Sequence record: SRR31156797_528
Strand: one strand, 5' to 3'
DNA: 60,857 nucleotides
The notes under the pieces are model-generated. The model worked only from the letters and a program-made list of their open reading frames with translations. It did no database searches and was not told the DNA's origin. Below, in pieces: positions 7,713 to 18,818 of this stretch. Position numbers and translations under genes: made by a program. Within the stretch, counting starts at the first letter, position 1. Every line of letters begins with the position of its first letter.

Positions 7713-9122
7713 ATGGGAAAATACTACTTAGCTGTTGACATTGGTGCATCAAGCGGCATCCATATTCTTGGACATGTAAAGGATGGCTGTATCACCTTAG
7801 AGGAAATCTATCGTTTTGAAAATAGTGCAAGACTTGTTGATGGTCAATTGTGCTGGGACTTAGAGAGTTTATTTGATGAAATCAAGGCAGGAATGAAAAA
7901 GTGCAAAGAAATTGGCAAAATACCTGAAAGTATTGGAATAGATACTTGGGCAGTTGATTTCATACTTCTTGATGATGATAATAATATTCTTGGCAATACA
8001 GTTGCATATCGTGATAACAGAACTTATGGTATGGATAAAAAAGTCTATCAAAAAATCAGCGAGACTGAACTATATAGCAGAACTGGTATACAGAAACAAT
8101 TGTTTAATACTATTTATCAATTAATGGCTGTTAAAGAAAAGAAGCCGCAACATATGAGGCAAGCGGTAAGTATGCTCATGATTCCTGATTATTTTCACTT
8201 CTTACTTACTGGGATTAAGAAAAACGAATATACAAATGCAACAACGACTCAGCTAGTCAGTCCTGTATCAAAAGATTGGGATACTGAGCTTATTGAAATG
8301 CTAGGCTACAATAAGAAGATATTTAATGAAATTGTACTGCCGGGTAGTGTTCTTGGGAATCTAAGAAAAGATATTGCAGAGGAAGTTGGTTACGAATGCA
8401 GAGTTGTCCTGCCTCCTACACATGATACTGCTTCAGCTGTCATTGCTGTACCTGCAAAGGGTGAGAATGCAGTATATATTAGTTCAGGTACTTGGTCACT
8501 AATGGGAATTGAACGGATGGAAGCAGACTGCAGTGAAAGGAGTGCTGAGCTAAATTTCACCAACGAAGGCGGTTATGAATATCGCTTCAGATATTTGAAA
8601 AATATAATGGGGCTTTGGATGATACAATCTGTGAAAAAGGAATTGGATAACAAGTATTCCTTTAGTGAGATATGTGAACTTGCATCAGCGGAAAACATTA
8701 AGTCAATTATTGACTGTAATAACCAACGGTACATTGCTCCAAAGAGCATGATTGAACAAGTAAAAGCTGAGTGCAGAGAGTCTAACCAGCAAATCCCTGA
8801 AACCATAGGCGAAGTAGCTGCTGTAATATATAGGTCTCTGGCATACTGCTACAGTAATACGGTAAAGGAAATTGAGGAAATGACTTCAACTAACTTTGAT
8901 AGTATCCATATTGTGGGCGGTGGCTCTAATGCCGATTATTTGAATCAGCTGACTGCTGATTTTACTGGCAAGCGGGTTCTGGCTGGTCCTACGGAAGCAA
9001 CAGCAATAGGCAACTTGGAAGCTCAAATGATATCAGATGGTGAATTTAATAGCTTAGATGAAGCAAGACAATGTATAACAAAATCTTTTGAAATTAAAGA
9101 ATATACCAAGGAGGAAGCATAA
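7713..9122 (+). CDS. rhaB: Rhamnulokinase
   Basis: LAVDIGASSG, IGIDTWAVD, YRDNRT, THDTASA, ISSGTWSLMG, NEGG, NIMGLW, GGG..A, GPTEATAIGN; adjacent to rhaA. Confidence 0.93.
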   Translation: MGKYYLAVDIGASSGIHILGHVKDGCITLEEIYRFENSARLVDGQLCWDLESLFDEIKAGMKKCKEIGKIPESIGIDTWAVDFILLDDDNNILGNTVAYRDNRTYGMDKKVYQKISETELYSRTGIQKQLFNTIYQLMAVKEKKPQHMRQAVSMLMIPDYFHFLLTGIKKNEYTNATTTQLVSPVSKDWDTELIEMLGYNKKIFNEIVLPGSVLGNLRKDIAEEVGYECRVVLPPTHDTASAVIAVPAKGENAVYISSGTWSLMGIERMEADCSERSAELNFTNEGGYEYRFRYLKNIMGLWMIQSVKKELDNKYSFSEICELASAENIKSIIDCNNQRYIAPKSMIEQVKAECRESNQQIPETIGEVAAVIYRSLAYCYSNTVKEIEEMTSTNFDSIHIVGGGSNADYLNQLTADFTGKRVLAGPTEATAIGNLEAQMISDGEFNSLDEARQCITKSFEIKEYTKEEA

Positions 9123-10372
9123 TGAAAATAAATGAACGATACCTATCTGCTAAGGAAATTTACGGAAAAATTGAGGTTGATACAGATAAAGCGATTGAAA
9201 GCCTGATGAATATACCGATATCTCTTCACTGCTGGCAGGGGGATGATGTTACTGGTTTTGAAGGAGATATAAATCTTTCTGGAGGTATTCAGGCTACTGG
9301 TAACTATCCGGGAAAGGCAAGAAACCCAGAAGAATTAATGGCTGATCTTGATAAAGCCCTAAGTTTAATTCCAGGAAATCATAGGATAAATTTGCACGCT
9401 AACTATGCAATATTTGAAAATGATGATAGGGCAGACAGAAATAAATTAGAGCCAAAGCATTTTAAAAAATGGGTTGAATTTGCTAAGGAAAGGGATTTGG
9501 GTCTTGATTTTAATCCAACATATTTTTCACATCCTAAAGCATCATATGCTACATTATCCAGCGAAGATGAGGATATCAGAGAATTCTGGATAGAACATGG
9601 CAAATGCTGCCTAAAAATTTCCGAATATTTTGCAATTGAACTTGGTACGCCTTGTACAATGAATATCTGGATACCTGATGGTTTCAAAGACATACCAGCT
9701 GACAGAAAAGGACCAAGAGAAAGATTAAAGGATTCATTGGACCAAATAATATCTACTGAATATGACAAGAGTAAGGTCAATATTGCTGTAGAATCCAAAG
9801 TATTTGGTATTGGCTTGGAATCATACACAGTAGGATCACATGAATTCTATATGAATTACGCTGCAAAGAACGATTTGCTTTGTCTACTTGATAATGGGCA
9901 TTATCACCCTACAGAATCAGTTGCAGATAAGATATCATCTATGCTGTTGTTTTCAGAAAAGGTTGCCCTTCATGTCACTCGTCCTGTCAGGTGGGATAGT
10001 GATCATGTGGTTTTGTACAATGATGAAACCAAAGAAATTGCCAAGGAAATAATTAAAAATGGTTCTGAACGTGTAATACTAGCTCTAGATTATTTTGATG
10101 CAAGCATTAATCGGATTTCAGCATGGGTTGTAGGAATGAGGAATATGCAGAAAGCACTGCTTAACGCATTGCTATTACCTATGGATAAATTAGGTGAATT
10201 ACAGGACAAAAGACAGCTTACTGAATTAATGGTCATGCAGGAAGAGTTGAAATTATATCCAGTTGGCGATGTGTGGAATTATTTTTGTTCTAAGCATGGT
10301 TTGCCAGCTAATGAAAATTGGTTTGAAGAGATTAAGACATATGAAAAGGATGTTTTGATAAAGAGAGTTTAA
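9122..10372 (+). CDS. rhaA: L-rhamnose isomerase
   Basis: SLHCWQGDDV, GGIQATGNYPGKA, ESKVFGIGLESYTVGSHEFY, DNGHYHPTE, RPVRWDSDHV, LDYFDASINR. Confidence 0.97.
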   Translation: MKINERYLSAKEIYGKIEVDTDKAIESLMNIPISLHCWQGDDVTGFEGDINLSGGIQATGNYPGKARNPEELMADLDKALSLIPGNHRINLHANYAIFENDDRADRNKLEPKHFKKWVEFAKERDLGLDFNPTYFSHPKASYATLSSEDEDIREFWIEHGKCCLKISEYFAIELGTPCTMNIWIPDGFKDIPADRKGPRERLKDSLDQIISTEYDKSKVNIAVESKVFGIGLESYTVGSHEFYMNYAAKNDLLCLLDNGHYHPTESVADKISSMLLFSEKVALHVTRPVRWDSDHVVLYNDETKEIAKEIIKNGSERVILALDYFDASINRISAWVVGMRNMQKALLNALLLPMDKLGELQDKRQLTELMVMQEELKLYPVGDVWNYFCSKHGLPANENWFEEIKTYEKDVLIKRV

Positions 10373-10441
10373 TTGGCATTTACCTGATAAGACTGGTTAA
10401 ATAAAAAACTTAAAATAGGAGATAATAGGAGATAAATAATA

Positions 10442-11458
10442 ATGCAAGAGATACAGGGGCTAATAAAAATTTCACATTATGCAGCTGACAACAAAGGATA
10501 TATACAAGGCGGCGGAGGCAACACATCAGTAAAGATTGATGACAAGCAAATGGCTGTTAAAGCATCAGGATGCAAGTTGTCTGACATGAGTGACAATGAA
10601 GGGTATGTAGTTGTAGATTACAAGAGTATTAAAGAATACTTTATAGATGCAGATGAAAATGATGATAAATTCGACGAGGAAAGCTCAGCAGTCCTAAAAT
10701 CAGCTGTTATTCTAAAAGAAGGTTTAAAGAAGCTAAGACCATCTGTAGAAGCAGGCTTCCATTCTGCACTAAAGAAATACGTAATCCACACCCATTCTGT
10801 TTATACCAATATTTTATGTTGCAGTGAAAACGGGAAAGCAAAAGTTGAAGAAATATTCAATGATGTTTCTTTCTTATGGATTTCTTATGTAGATCCAGGT
10901 GCTAAATTAACTGTTGCTATTACTCAAGAAATTAAGAAATTGAATACAATTCCAGATGTAATATTTATGGAAAATCATGGAGTGATTGTTTCCGCTGATA
11001 CTAGTGACGAAGCAATAGATCTTCATGATAAAGTTAATAACAGTGTTAGAGAATATTTTGGCTTGACAGAAGCATTTCCAGAGGTTTTATTGGAGATTGA
11101 TAACAGCGGATTAATAAAAAGCGCATCGCCATATGTAAAGTCTTTCTTTAATGAGAATCCAAAGGACTTAAGCATACTAAAGGAAAAGGTGCTGTATCCT
11201 GATCAATTGGTTTATCTGAACAATTCAATATATAAGAAAGATGGTTCATCATCAGATATTTATTTTGATGGTGATGACCTATGCTATAATATAAGTGAAA
11301 AGCAGGCTATGGTAAATGAGGAAACATTAGTGGCGTATTTGTATGTTATTAATACGATAAAGAAGCTAGGATTAGATCTGGTTACAATGACATACAAACA
11401 GCAGGCATTTATTCTAGGCTGGGAAAGCGAAGCATATAGGAAAAGTATGCTGAAGTAA
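10442..11458 (+). CDS. Class II aldolase/adducin-family protein, probable rhamnulose-1-phosphate aldolase (RhaEW-type aldolase domain only)
   Basis: GGGGNTSVK, KASG, PSVE..FH, IHTH, MENHG Zn motifs; third gene of the rha operon. Confidence 0.75.
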   Translation: MQEIQGLIKISHYAADNKGYIQGGGGNTSVKIDDKQMAVKASGCKLSDMSDNEGYVVVDYKSIKEYFIDADENDDKFDEESSAVLKSAVILKEGLKKLRPSVEAGFHSALKKYVIHTHSVYTNILCCSENGKAKVEEIFNDVSFLWISYVDPGAKLTVAITQEIKKLNTIPDVIFMENHGVIVSADTSDEAIDLHDKVNNSVREYFGLTEAFPEVLLEIDNSGLIKSASPYVKSFFNENPKDLSILKEKVLYPDQLVYLNNSIYKKDGSSSDIYFDGDDLCYNISEKQAMVNEETLVAYLYVINTIKKLGLDLVTMTYKQQAFILGWESEAYRKSMLK

Positions 11459-11492
11459 ATATAAAAATAACTGTTTATTATCTATATTGCGG

Positions 11493-11517
11493 AAAAGGTG
11501 CTTTTAAAGCACCTTTT
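11493..11517. terminator. Bidirectional intrinsic terminator
   Basis: AAAAGGTGCTTT-T-AAAGCACCTTTT between convergent genes. Confidence 0.75.
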
Positions 11518-11567
11518 AAATAGTATTCTATAATGTTAATGATATGTGAAAGTAGTTTCATTTATAT

Positions 11568-13151
11568 TCAATCTTTCACTTTATAAATAAATTCCTCAAA
11601 TTTTGCTACAGCTGTTTTATTGCTCAAATCCTGACAGCACATACCAACAAATGCGCCTGTAAAGCCGGGAGGGTTGCCGTATTCATCAGATAGGATAGAA
11701 GTATCAATTTTGTCTCCTATTGTATACCACATTTTATTATCATAAGAATAGGAGAACTGTCCCTCGGTATAATCAACATCCAGCTTAAAATATAAATCAT
11801 TACTGCTTGCAAGTGTAATTTTATTAATATTACTGTCAAAAGTAACGATTCCTCTATCGACAGTTTGTATCTCGAGATAGTTGTAGTTTTCGTTTTCGTC
11901 GTAGGTTAAATAGAGGTAATATTGATTGTGTTCATCATATCTGTATAACAGACCAGCCATCTGCTGGAAGTTCTTTGGTTCAAAATGGATTTTTGTTTGA
12001 GCTGAGAATTTGAAATCCGTTTGTCTTCTTAGTAATGCAGACTGGTCGTGGCAGGACATAATGGATTCGCATCCTCTCATGTAAAGATAACCATCCTTTA
12101 CTGAATATACTTCTTTTGAAAAAGGATTACGAAGAGTATTAAAATCATCTAGGAATGTAGTATCGTCAAATGCATACTTGTACTCATCCTTTACTTGCTT
12201 CTCTACGTTAAATGGTGAAGCAAAGTAATCATCAGGTGAATTTGTACCATTTTTCATGATAGGCCAGTCGTCTTCCCAGATTACATTAGCTATGCTTGTT
12301 TCTCTGCCTAGTACACATCGATTAGTATTAGGAAGCGGACGAGCGCAAAGATACGCTAAATACCAATTCCCTGAATTATCTTCTACTAAAGAACCATGTC
12401 CTGCTTTTTGAAGTCGTACATCTTTATTGCGGGATGTAAGCATTGGATATTTTTCGGGCAGTTGGTATGGACCCCAAATATTTTTTGATCGAGCTACTGT
12501 TACTGCATGGTCATAGCTGGTACCGCCTTCTGCAACCATCAGGTAGTAATAACCATTTTGTTTGTATATATGAGGACCTTCTGTCAGACCTAAGGGGCTG
12601 CCCTTAAAGATATTTTTTCTTTCTCCGATTAATTTCTTGCTATGAATATCATATTCCTGCATTACTATTCCGGCAAATCGCTCTATACCGTTCTGACGAT
12701 AATCCCAAAGCATATTCATGTAGTACTTTTTGCCATCGTCATCATGAAACATAGAACCATCGAAGCCACTGCTATTTAAATATACAGGCTCACTCCATGG
12801 TCCCATGATGTTTTCTGCTGTTGTTATATAATTGGGAGTGTCTTTATAAGGAGTGCTGTTCTCCCACATTTTTGTATCCGTATATACCAGATAGAATATA
12901 CCGTCACTATAGCTTAAGCATGGTGCCCAAATACCCCCTGACCTAGGATTACCTTTCATATTCAGTAATTCAATATTATCTAAGAGAGAGGTCAGATGTT
13001 TCCAATTCACCAAATCTGTTGAATGATGAACGCGAACACCTGGGAAATACTCAAATGTTGAGTTAGCAATGTAAAAGTCATTTCCAACTCGTAGAATTGA
13101 TGGATCAGGATGAAATCCAGAAAGCACAGGATTTTTTACATTTGTAGACAT
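11568..13151 (-). CDS. GH43 beta-xylosidase/arabinofuranosidase (XynB-like, with C-terminal beta-sandwich)
   Basis: NPVLSGFHPDPSI, WAP, GFDGS, TEGPH, AGHG, GRET, SDE...GFTGAFVG; ATG 13151 after AAGGAG. Confidence 0.93.
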   Translation of the reverse strand: MSTNVKNPVLSGFHPDPSILRVGNDFYIANSTFEYFPGVRVHHSTDLVNWKHLTSLLDNIELLNMKGNPRSGGIWAPCLSYSDGIFYLVYTDTKMWENSTPYKDTPNYITTAENIMGPWSEPVYLNSSGFDGSMFHDDDGKKYYMNMLWDYRQNGIERFAGIVMQEYDIHSKKLIGERKNIFKGSPLGLTEGPHIYKQNGYYYLMVAEGGTSYDHAVTVARSKNIWGPYQLPEKYPMLTSRNKDVRLQKAGHGSLVEDNSGNWYLAYLCARPLPNTNRCVLGRETSIANVIWEDDWPIMKNGTNSPDDYFASPFNVEKQVKDEYKYAFDDTTFLDDFNTLRNPFSKEVYSVKDGYLYMRGCESIMSCHDQSALLRRQTDFKFSAQTKIHFEPKNFQQMAGLLYRYDEHNQYYLYLTYDENENYNYLEIQTVDRGIVTFDSNINKITLASSNDLYFKLDVDYTEGQFSYSYDNKMWYTIGDKIDTSILSDEYGNPPGFTGAFVGMCCQDLSNKTAVAKFEEFIYKVKD

Positions 13152-13174
13152 AATATTCTCCTTACAAGTTATAG

Positions 13175-14215
13175 TTATATACTTATATTGCAATCCTGAA
13201 GGAATTGCTTCAGATATTTAGCTAAATTCATACCCATTATTCCGTGACCATATGTTGTAGGATGGATAAGGTCAGAGCTAAGACCGTTTATGTCATCAAG
13301 AATCTCATATCCATTAATAAGTTTTAAATATGGACAATTTGCTTCTTTAACAAGCTTTATTAAAATAGTGTTAAATGATTTCTCGCTTTTGGAGATTTTA
13401 TTTTCGCAGTTTATATATTCTGGTGATTGACTGTTTGGGAATGTTGTAATAATCAATGCAGGTTTACCGTGATTTACCAGTCTTTTAATCAGATATGATG
13501 CTCTTTCTTTGAATTCAGATGGAGTATACCAGCCTCTCATATTTACGCCTAATTCACAAGTGATAAAATCAAAATCACAATCATCTATAAAATAATCTAC
13601 CAATTCTTTCTCGATTTCACAAGCACCGCTGAATCCCTTATTTTGCACTTGTATTTTTAATTTACTAGCTGCAATGTGAGGATAGCCATCAAGGCTTGAG
13701 TTGGTAATAGACGAGCCGTAAGCCAGCCAATTGTATTTGGGTAATTCATTCTTATACGGCGCACGAATATTATGTCCAAATGCATTTACTCCGTGTATTA
13801 TTGTAGTTGAATTGTTGCAGACTATACGCCATACATTGGGGGAGAATCCATCCTGATACAGCATTTTATTAGTTGTGTCGGAAAACCTGAAAGGAGGATT
13901 AATACGGTGAACTTTTACTATTCCATGAGGAATATCAATTACTTGGTGTAGAAAATTGCCCTTATAAATACGCACTTCACATGATTTGTTTGATTCAGTT
14001 TCACATGCTGATATATACAGGTCAATATTTGGAGCATTAGTTACGAAACGAATCTCTACACCAACAGAATCCATTCCAATAAAGCGAGCTCTCTCATTGA
14101 GCGAATTACGAATTTTTGATGGAACACGTACTAATCCGTTTGAACCAAAGCCAGGTATATCTTCCAGCGAACCAAGATTATAATATTGTAATTTGTCTAA
14201 ATTCATATCAATCAC
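13175..14215 (-). CDS. SGNH/GDSL esterase with an N-terminal accessory domain
   Basis: YGSSIT, GFSG, GVN, DLIHP blocks. Confidence 0.82.
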   Translation of the reverse strand: MIDMNLDKLQYYNLGSLEDIPGFGSNGLVRVPSKIRNSLNERARFIGMDSVGVEIRFVTNAPNIDLYISACETESNKSCEVRIYKGNFLHQVIDIPHGIVKVHRINPPFRFSDTTNKMLYQDGFSPNVWRIVCNNSTTIIHGVNAFGHNIRAPYKNELPKYNWLAYGSSITNSSLDGYPHIAASKLKIQVQNKGFSGACEIEKELVDYFIDDCDFDFITCELGVNMRGWYTPSEFKERASYLIKRLVNHGKPALIITTFPNSQSPEYINCENKISKSEKSFNTILIKLVKEANCPYLKLINGYEILDDINGLSSDLIHPTTYGHGIMGMNLAKYLKQFLQDCNISI

Positions 14216-14866
14216 TTATTTACTGTCAAATAATGACTTTGTATCCTTTAGCCATGCATCAGCAATTAGTCCATGACCTGCATATGTAGGATGAACACTG
14301 TCCCATATCCAATAGTTTGCAGGTTTTATTTTTGCAGCTTTATTAAATCTATCTTGTAATGGTACATAGATGGTATCAAATTCATTAGCAATTTTCCTTG
14401 TAATTAATTGTTTCTCTTTTAGGTTTTGCCGCATCTTTTGGTATTTCTCTTTTTCTTCATTACCTGAATCCAGCATAAAGGGCTCTATAATTATTAAATC
14501 AACATTCGGAAGTATTTCAAGTGTTTGTGCAAGTAAAAGTCTTAACGTAGTTTCAAACCTTGAGCACAGTAATTCTTTTTCGCAGACAATTTCACGTCCT
14601 GTATCATTAATACCTACTAATAAACTGATTATATCAGGTGCTAGATTTAGAGCATCCATCTGCCATCTCGCATACAAATCAGCAGAAGTATTTCCACTGA
14701 CTCCTTTGTTAATGAATTCATAGTTCTTCTCTGGATATTTATATCCTAATCCAGATGCAATAGAGAATACATATCCGTGACCTAATATATGATTAGGGTC
14801 AGTATTTCTACCTCTTAAACCATCAGTAATAGAGTCTCCTTGGAATAATATTCTACATTTACTCAT
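14216..14866 (-). CDS. SGNH/GDSL carbohydrate acetyl-esterase
   Basis: QGDSITD, GVSGN, GIND, DSVHP. Confidence 0.9.
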   Translation of the reverse strand: MSKCRILFQGDSITDGLRGRNTDPNHILGHGYVFSIASGLGYKYPEKNYEFINKGVSGNTSADLYARWQMDALNLAPDIISLLVGINDTGREIVCEKELLCSRFETTLRLLLAQTLEILPNVDLIIIEPFMLDSGNEEKEKYQKMRQNLKEKQLITRKIANEFDTIYVPLQDRFNKAAKIKPANYWIWDSVHPTYAGHGLIADAWLKDTKSLFDSK

Positions 14867-14903
14867 AGCATATCCTCTCTTTTTCTATATAGTTCTTACT
14901 AAA

Positions 14904-17330
14904 TTATAATTTTATGACTTTGGAATTTCCATCATATTCAGCAGTGTAGGTTTCTTTACCAACTAAAGCGATAGTAAAACTGATTTTACTTTCCATACCA
15001 CTAAATTCACCGTTTCTATCACCGATTGTCAATTCTGACTTTACATCATTATACTTTAGGCTGATGGTTGAGTATTCTCCTTTTTCATAATTATAATTGT
15101 CGTTTTCGTCCTGATAAAGTATGAAATCACCGTCTGCACCTGGATATATTTTGATTGTTAAGTTTGTCTGTGAACTTTTTTCTGCACATTCAGCGATTTC
15201 TGTCATTGGAATAATGGAACCAGCAGGTACATAAATAGGTATGATATCTATTGGAGATGATGCACTTATAGTCTGCGCTCCATCGTAAACTTCATTAGTC
15301 CAGAAATCATACCACTTTGTATCAGCAGGCAGATAAACACTTCGAGATTTGTCTGAATTTTCTATCTTTGATGAATTCGCATTGTAGTACATTGGTTTAG
15401 TAACAGGGCAGATCATTAAAGAGCTGCCAAACATAAACTGATTCTTAATATTGTATACATTTGTGTCACTTAGGAAGTCAAATGCTAGTAATCTCATTAT
15501 TGTACTGTTATTTTGGGTAACACTTGCTGCAAGAGAATAGATATATGGCAGCAGCTGATATCTGAGGTTAATAAATTTTACTATTGAATCGTAGAACATT
15601 TCGCCATTTTTACCAAAATTCCAGATTTCCCTTCTGGTATCAGTGCCATGAGCTCTGAATATTGGTAAAAATGTTCCGTATTGAAGCCATCTGGTATATA
15701 ATTCACGATATCCTAAGTCGTTGCACCCGTCTTCATAATCTCCATCCCAAAACCACATATGACCTTTCCTTGTGAAGAATCCGCCAATATCAAGTGTCCA
15801 ATACGGCATGCCAGATGCACACATATTTAGACCTACAGGTATTTGGCTTTCTAGAGTTGACCACTTAGCGGCAATATCACCTGACCACAAAATTGTTCCA
15901 TATCTTTGCTGTCCTGTGTATCCGCTTCTAGTAAGGTTTACTACACGCTTACTATCGGTAACGTTTCTTTGTCCTTCGTACATAGTCTTTGCATGCATCA
16001 GAGGAAAAGCATTAGTATATATTTCGTCCATATAGGTTTTGGCTGTATTATGGAAATCGTAGAAATTACTATCCGGCTCTGGCTTAATAGGAGAATTCCA
16101 TTCTGGGGTGAAGGGTTCGGATGAATCACACCACCATGCATCTATTCCCTCTGTAAACAAGCCTTCATTTGCCTGTTTCCAGTATAGTTTTCTGGCATTC
16201 TTATCAAAAGCATTATATATCTCTGATTGCTGGAAAAGACAATTGTTGTCTTTCATTTCCTTATAATTTTCTGTACTGTGGTGCATAGTTGGCCATATTG
16301 ATATCATAAAATGTACACCCATTTCATGAAGTGATTCCATCATTTTCTTTACATCGGGGAATCGGCTTTTGTCAAATGTTTTCTGACCCCATTTACCAGC
16401 TTCCCATGATTCCCAGTCCAGTATTATACAGTCCAAAGGCACATCTTTTTTACGATAATTTGCTGCAGTATCAATGATTTCCTGCTGTGATTCGAATCTC
16501 TCTTGTGATTGTATATAGCCCAAAGCCCATTTGGGCAGCATAACTGCAGTTCCGGTAATATCACGATATCCGGATATTACCTCATCAAATGTATTGCCGT
16601 ATATGAAGAAGAAATTAATCTCATCTGCAGCCTGACTATAAATATATGAGCCAAATTCATTGTCATTAAAAATTATAGGAGAGTATGTGTCAAAGAGTAT
16701 TCCGTATTTTTTTGTAGACATAATAAAAGGCACTGAGGTTTTCATATTTGCTTGATGTATATATTGGCGGGTTCCACGTAGATTTAGGATACCTTCTTCC
16801 TGCTGTCCCAAGCCATACAATGCTTCATCTTCACACCACTCAAAAGAGACTTTGGTATGATAAAGTTTCTTATCGAATTCCTTCTTTGATTTTAGTACTA
16901 CATCTTTTATACCATCTGGAGTTTCGATTTTTTCTACTTTGCTGTCTTCGTCCAGAATAGTTTTGTATGAATCAAACGGCGATAGAGTTTTACCATTATG
17001 TCTAGGTTCTTTTGTTAACAAATTATTGTTCTTATCGTAATAGGACAGTGACAGAGATTCTTTACAGATTACTATTTTTAGTTGGTTTGTAAATAATTCG
17101 ATGTAATAATCTTTCTCGGAGTAGTCCCAATTGATTTCCTTGGGAGCTGCTACAATGCCAAGACCTTCTGTTTGAAAGAAATCCTCATTATGTGTAAATA
17201 CAACTCTTATTATTGAGGGAGAGTAAATTACAAATTTAAGATTTCCGTTGTTTGTCTTTAGCATTAATTCATTTTTTGTTTTTGTTATAGTTTTTATTAT
17301 AGTAGAATCAGGTTTATTTGCAATTAACAT
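14904..17330 (-). CDS. GH31 glycosidase, alpha-xylosidase-like
   Basis: YGLGQ, nucleophile region WWCDSSEP, WSGDI, acid/base WTLDIGGF, RAHG; ATG 17330 after GAGGTG. Confidence 0.9.
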   Translation of the reverse strand: MLIANKPDSTIIKTITKTKNELMLKTNNGNLKFVIYSPSIIRVVFTHNEDFFQTEGLGIVAAPKEINWDYSEKDYYIELFTNQLKIVICKESLSLSYYDKNNNLLTKEPRHNGKTLSPFDSYKTILDEDSKVEKIETPDGIKDVVLKSKKEFDKKLYHTKVSFEWCEDEALYGLGQQEEGILNLRGTRQYIHQANMKTSVPFIMSTKKYGILFDTYSPIIFNDNEFGSYIYSQAADEINFFFIYGNTFDEVISGYRDITGTAVMLPKWALGYIQSQERFESQQEIIDTAANYRKKDVPLDCIILDWESWEAGKWGQKTFDKSRFPDVKKMMESLHEMGVHFMISIWPTMHHSTENYKEMKDNNCLFQQSEIYNAFDKNARKLYWKQANEGLFTEGIDAWWCDSSEPFTPEWNSPIKPEPDSNFYDFHNTAKTYMDEIYTNAFPLMHAKTMYEGQRNVTDSKRVVNLTRSGYTGQQRYGTILWSGDIAAKWSTLESQIPVGLNMCASGMPYWTLDIGGFFTRKGHMWFWDGDYEDGCNDLGYRELYTRWLQYGTFLPIFRAHGTDTRREIWNFGKNGEMFYDSIVKFINLRYQLLPYIYSLAASVTQNNSTIMRLLAFDFLSDTNVYNIKNQFMFGSSLMICPVTKPMYYNANSSKIENSDKSRSVYLPADTKWYDFWTNEVYDGAQTISASSPIDIIPIYVPAGSIIPMTEIAECAEKSSQTNLTIKIYPGADGDFILYQDENDNYNYEKGEYSTISLKYNDVKSELTIGDRNGEFSGMESKISFTIALVGKETYTAEYDGNSKVIKL

Positions 17331-17379
17331 TGACTGCACCTCATTATTAGATTAATTTGTATTTCTATCTATCAAATGA

Positions 17380-18396
17380 TTATAACTCATTTACACTTTG
17401 TCGTTTTATTAAATTTGTCTCCAGAAGTATTTTCACAACTTCATCATTTGAATCCTCGATATTGTCAACAAGTCTTCGGACAGCCAGTATACCCATTCTT
17501 GAATTATTTACCTCAATTGTGGATAGTTTTGGCTGAAGCATAGTACAATATGGCATATCGTCAAATCCTACAACAGACACATCATTAGGTATATCATACC
17601 CATGTTCTTTTAGTGCATTGACTGCACCAGTAGCAATAATATCATTATCTGCGATTAATGCTTTTGGTATTTCGGCATTTCTCTTAATATAATTACTCAT
17701 ATCATTATATGCTCCCTCTAGTGTAGGTTCAAGGGAAAAAATGTTGTCGGACTTGAATTTCAGATTGTTTAATTCTAGTCCTAATTTATATCCTGTATGG
17801 CGTTCTTCAAAGTTTTGTATCCATATTGATGAATGAAGATATCCGATATCATTATGCCCCATTGAAACAAGGTGATTCACTGCAGTTATTATGCTATCTA
17901 CATTGTCTATCTTGACCGTATCAATATTGATGTTTGAGAAGCTGCTGTCAAGAATCAGCATAGGAACATTTAAATCAATAAATGGAAGCACATCAGATTT
18001 TGTCATCTCAGTTGCGAGCAGAATTATGCCGTCAGTAGGATTGTCAATTATAATTTGCCTTACATGAGCAATTGTATGATCGCTTTTGTTGGCATAAGAA
18101 TGAAGGCAGTCATATCCCCTTTTTCTTGCCTCTTCATCTATACTCTCTATTAGCTTGGCAAAAAAAGGAGTTTCGCCGACAACTTTACCATGACTTTTAA
18201 AGAGAACAAATCTTATATTACCGTTCTTCTTAGCTTCAGGCAGCCGTATATTTGATTCATATCCAGCATTCTCGATTTCGTTTAACACAAGCTTCCTGGT
18301 TTCATCTGATATTCCTGGTTTGTTGTTTAAAACCAAAGATACAGTTGAAGTAGAGACACCAAGCTTCTTTGCAATATCCTTTGATTTAATCTTCAT
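17380..18396 (-). CDS. LacI-family transcriptional regulator
   Basis: KDIAKKLGVSTSTVSLVLN HTH; IPNDVSVVGFDD. Confidence 0.95.
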   Translation of the reverse strand: MKIKSKDIAKKLGVSTSTVSLVLNNKPGISDETRKLVLNEIENAGYESNIRLPEAKKNGNIRFVLFKSHGKVVGETPFFAKLIESIDEEARKRGYDCLHSYANKSDHTIAHVRQIIIDNPTDGIILLATEMTKSDVLPFIDLNVPMLILDSSFSNINIDTVKIDNVDSIITAVNHLVSMGHNDIGYLHSSIWIQNFEERHTGYKLGLELNNLKFKSDNIFSLEPTLEGAYNDMSNYIKRNAEIPKALIADNDIIATGAVNALKEHGYDIPNDVSVVGFDDMPYCTMLQPKLSTIEVNNSRMGILAVRRLVDNIEDSNDEVVKILLETNLIKRQSVNEL

Positions 18397-18527
18397 TCAA
18401 TCACCACGCACGTTAAGATTACAGTTCTAATTAACTGTTGTTGTTATTTATCACTTATTATTCATAGAGACAAATAAACCATTTATTTTAAAATGTCAGT
18501 TTCTATATGAATAGTTAATGTGCTTTA

Positions 18528-18563
18528 ATCATACATCTAAAAAAATTTAGTGTCAACTAAATT
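18528..18563 (-). promoter_or_regulatory. lacI promoter with an operator centred on its -35 box
   Basis: TTGACA (18556-18551)-N17-TATGAT (18533-18528); ATTTAGT-N4-ACTAAAT at 18545-18562. Confidence 0.65.
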
Positions 18564-18798
18564 ATTTAAGTATATATATACATGAAGCACGCATTATATA
18601 TGGATAATATACAAAAATTGTTGCGATCTATATGTGTTAATTGTAGTATATTATGGACTTTTTTAATTAAAACATCAAAGATAGTTGTATATATTAAACA
18701 GAAGATTATAATGAAAGTTGTAAAAATGATATAGCATTACCGAATTTGCTAAGCAAATAGGTGAATTTTATAAATATTTATAAAAAAGTATATGTATA

Positions 18799-18818
18799 TA
18801 TTTAGTTCCGACTAAATA
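18799..18818. promoter_or_regulatory. Second copy of the operator upstream of the ABC operon
   Basis: TATTTAGT-TCCG-ACTAAATA, with the same arms as 18545-18562. Confidence 0.6.
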
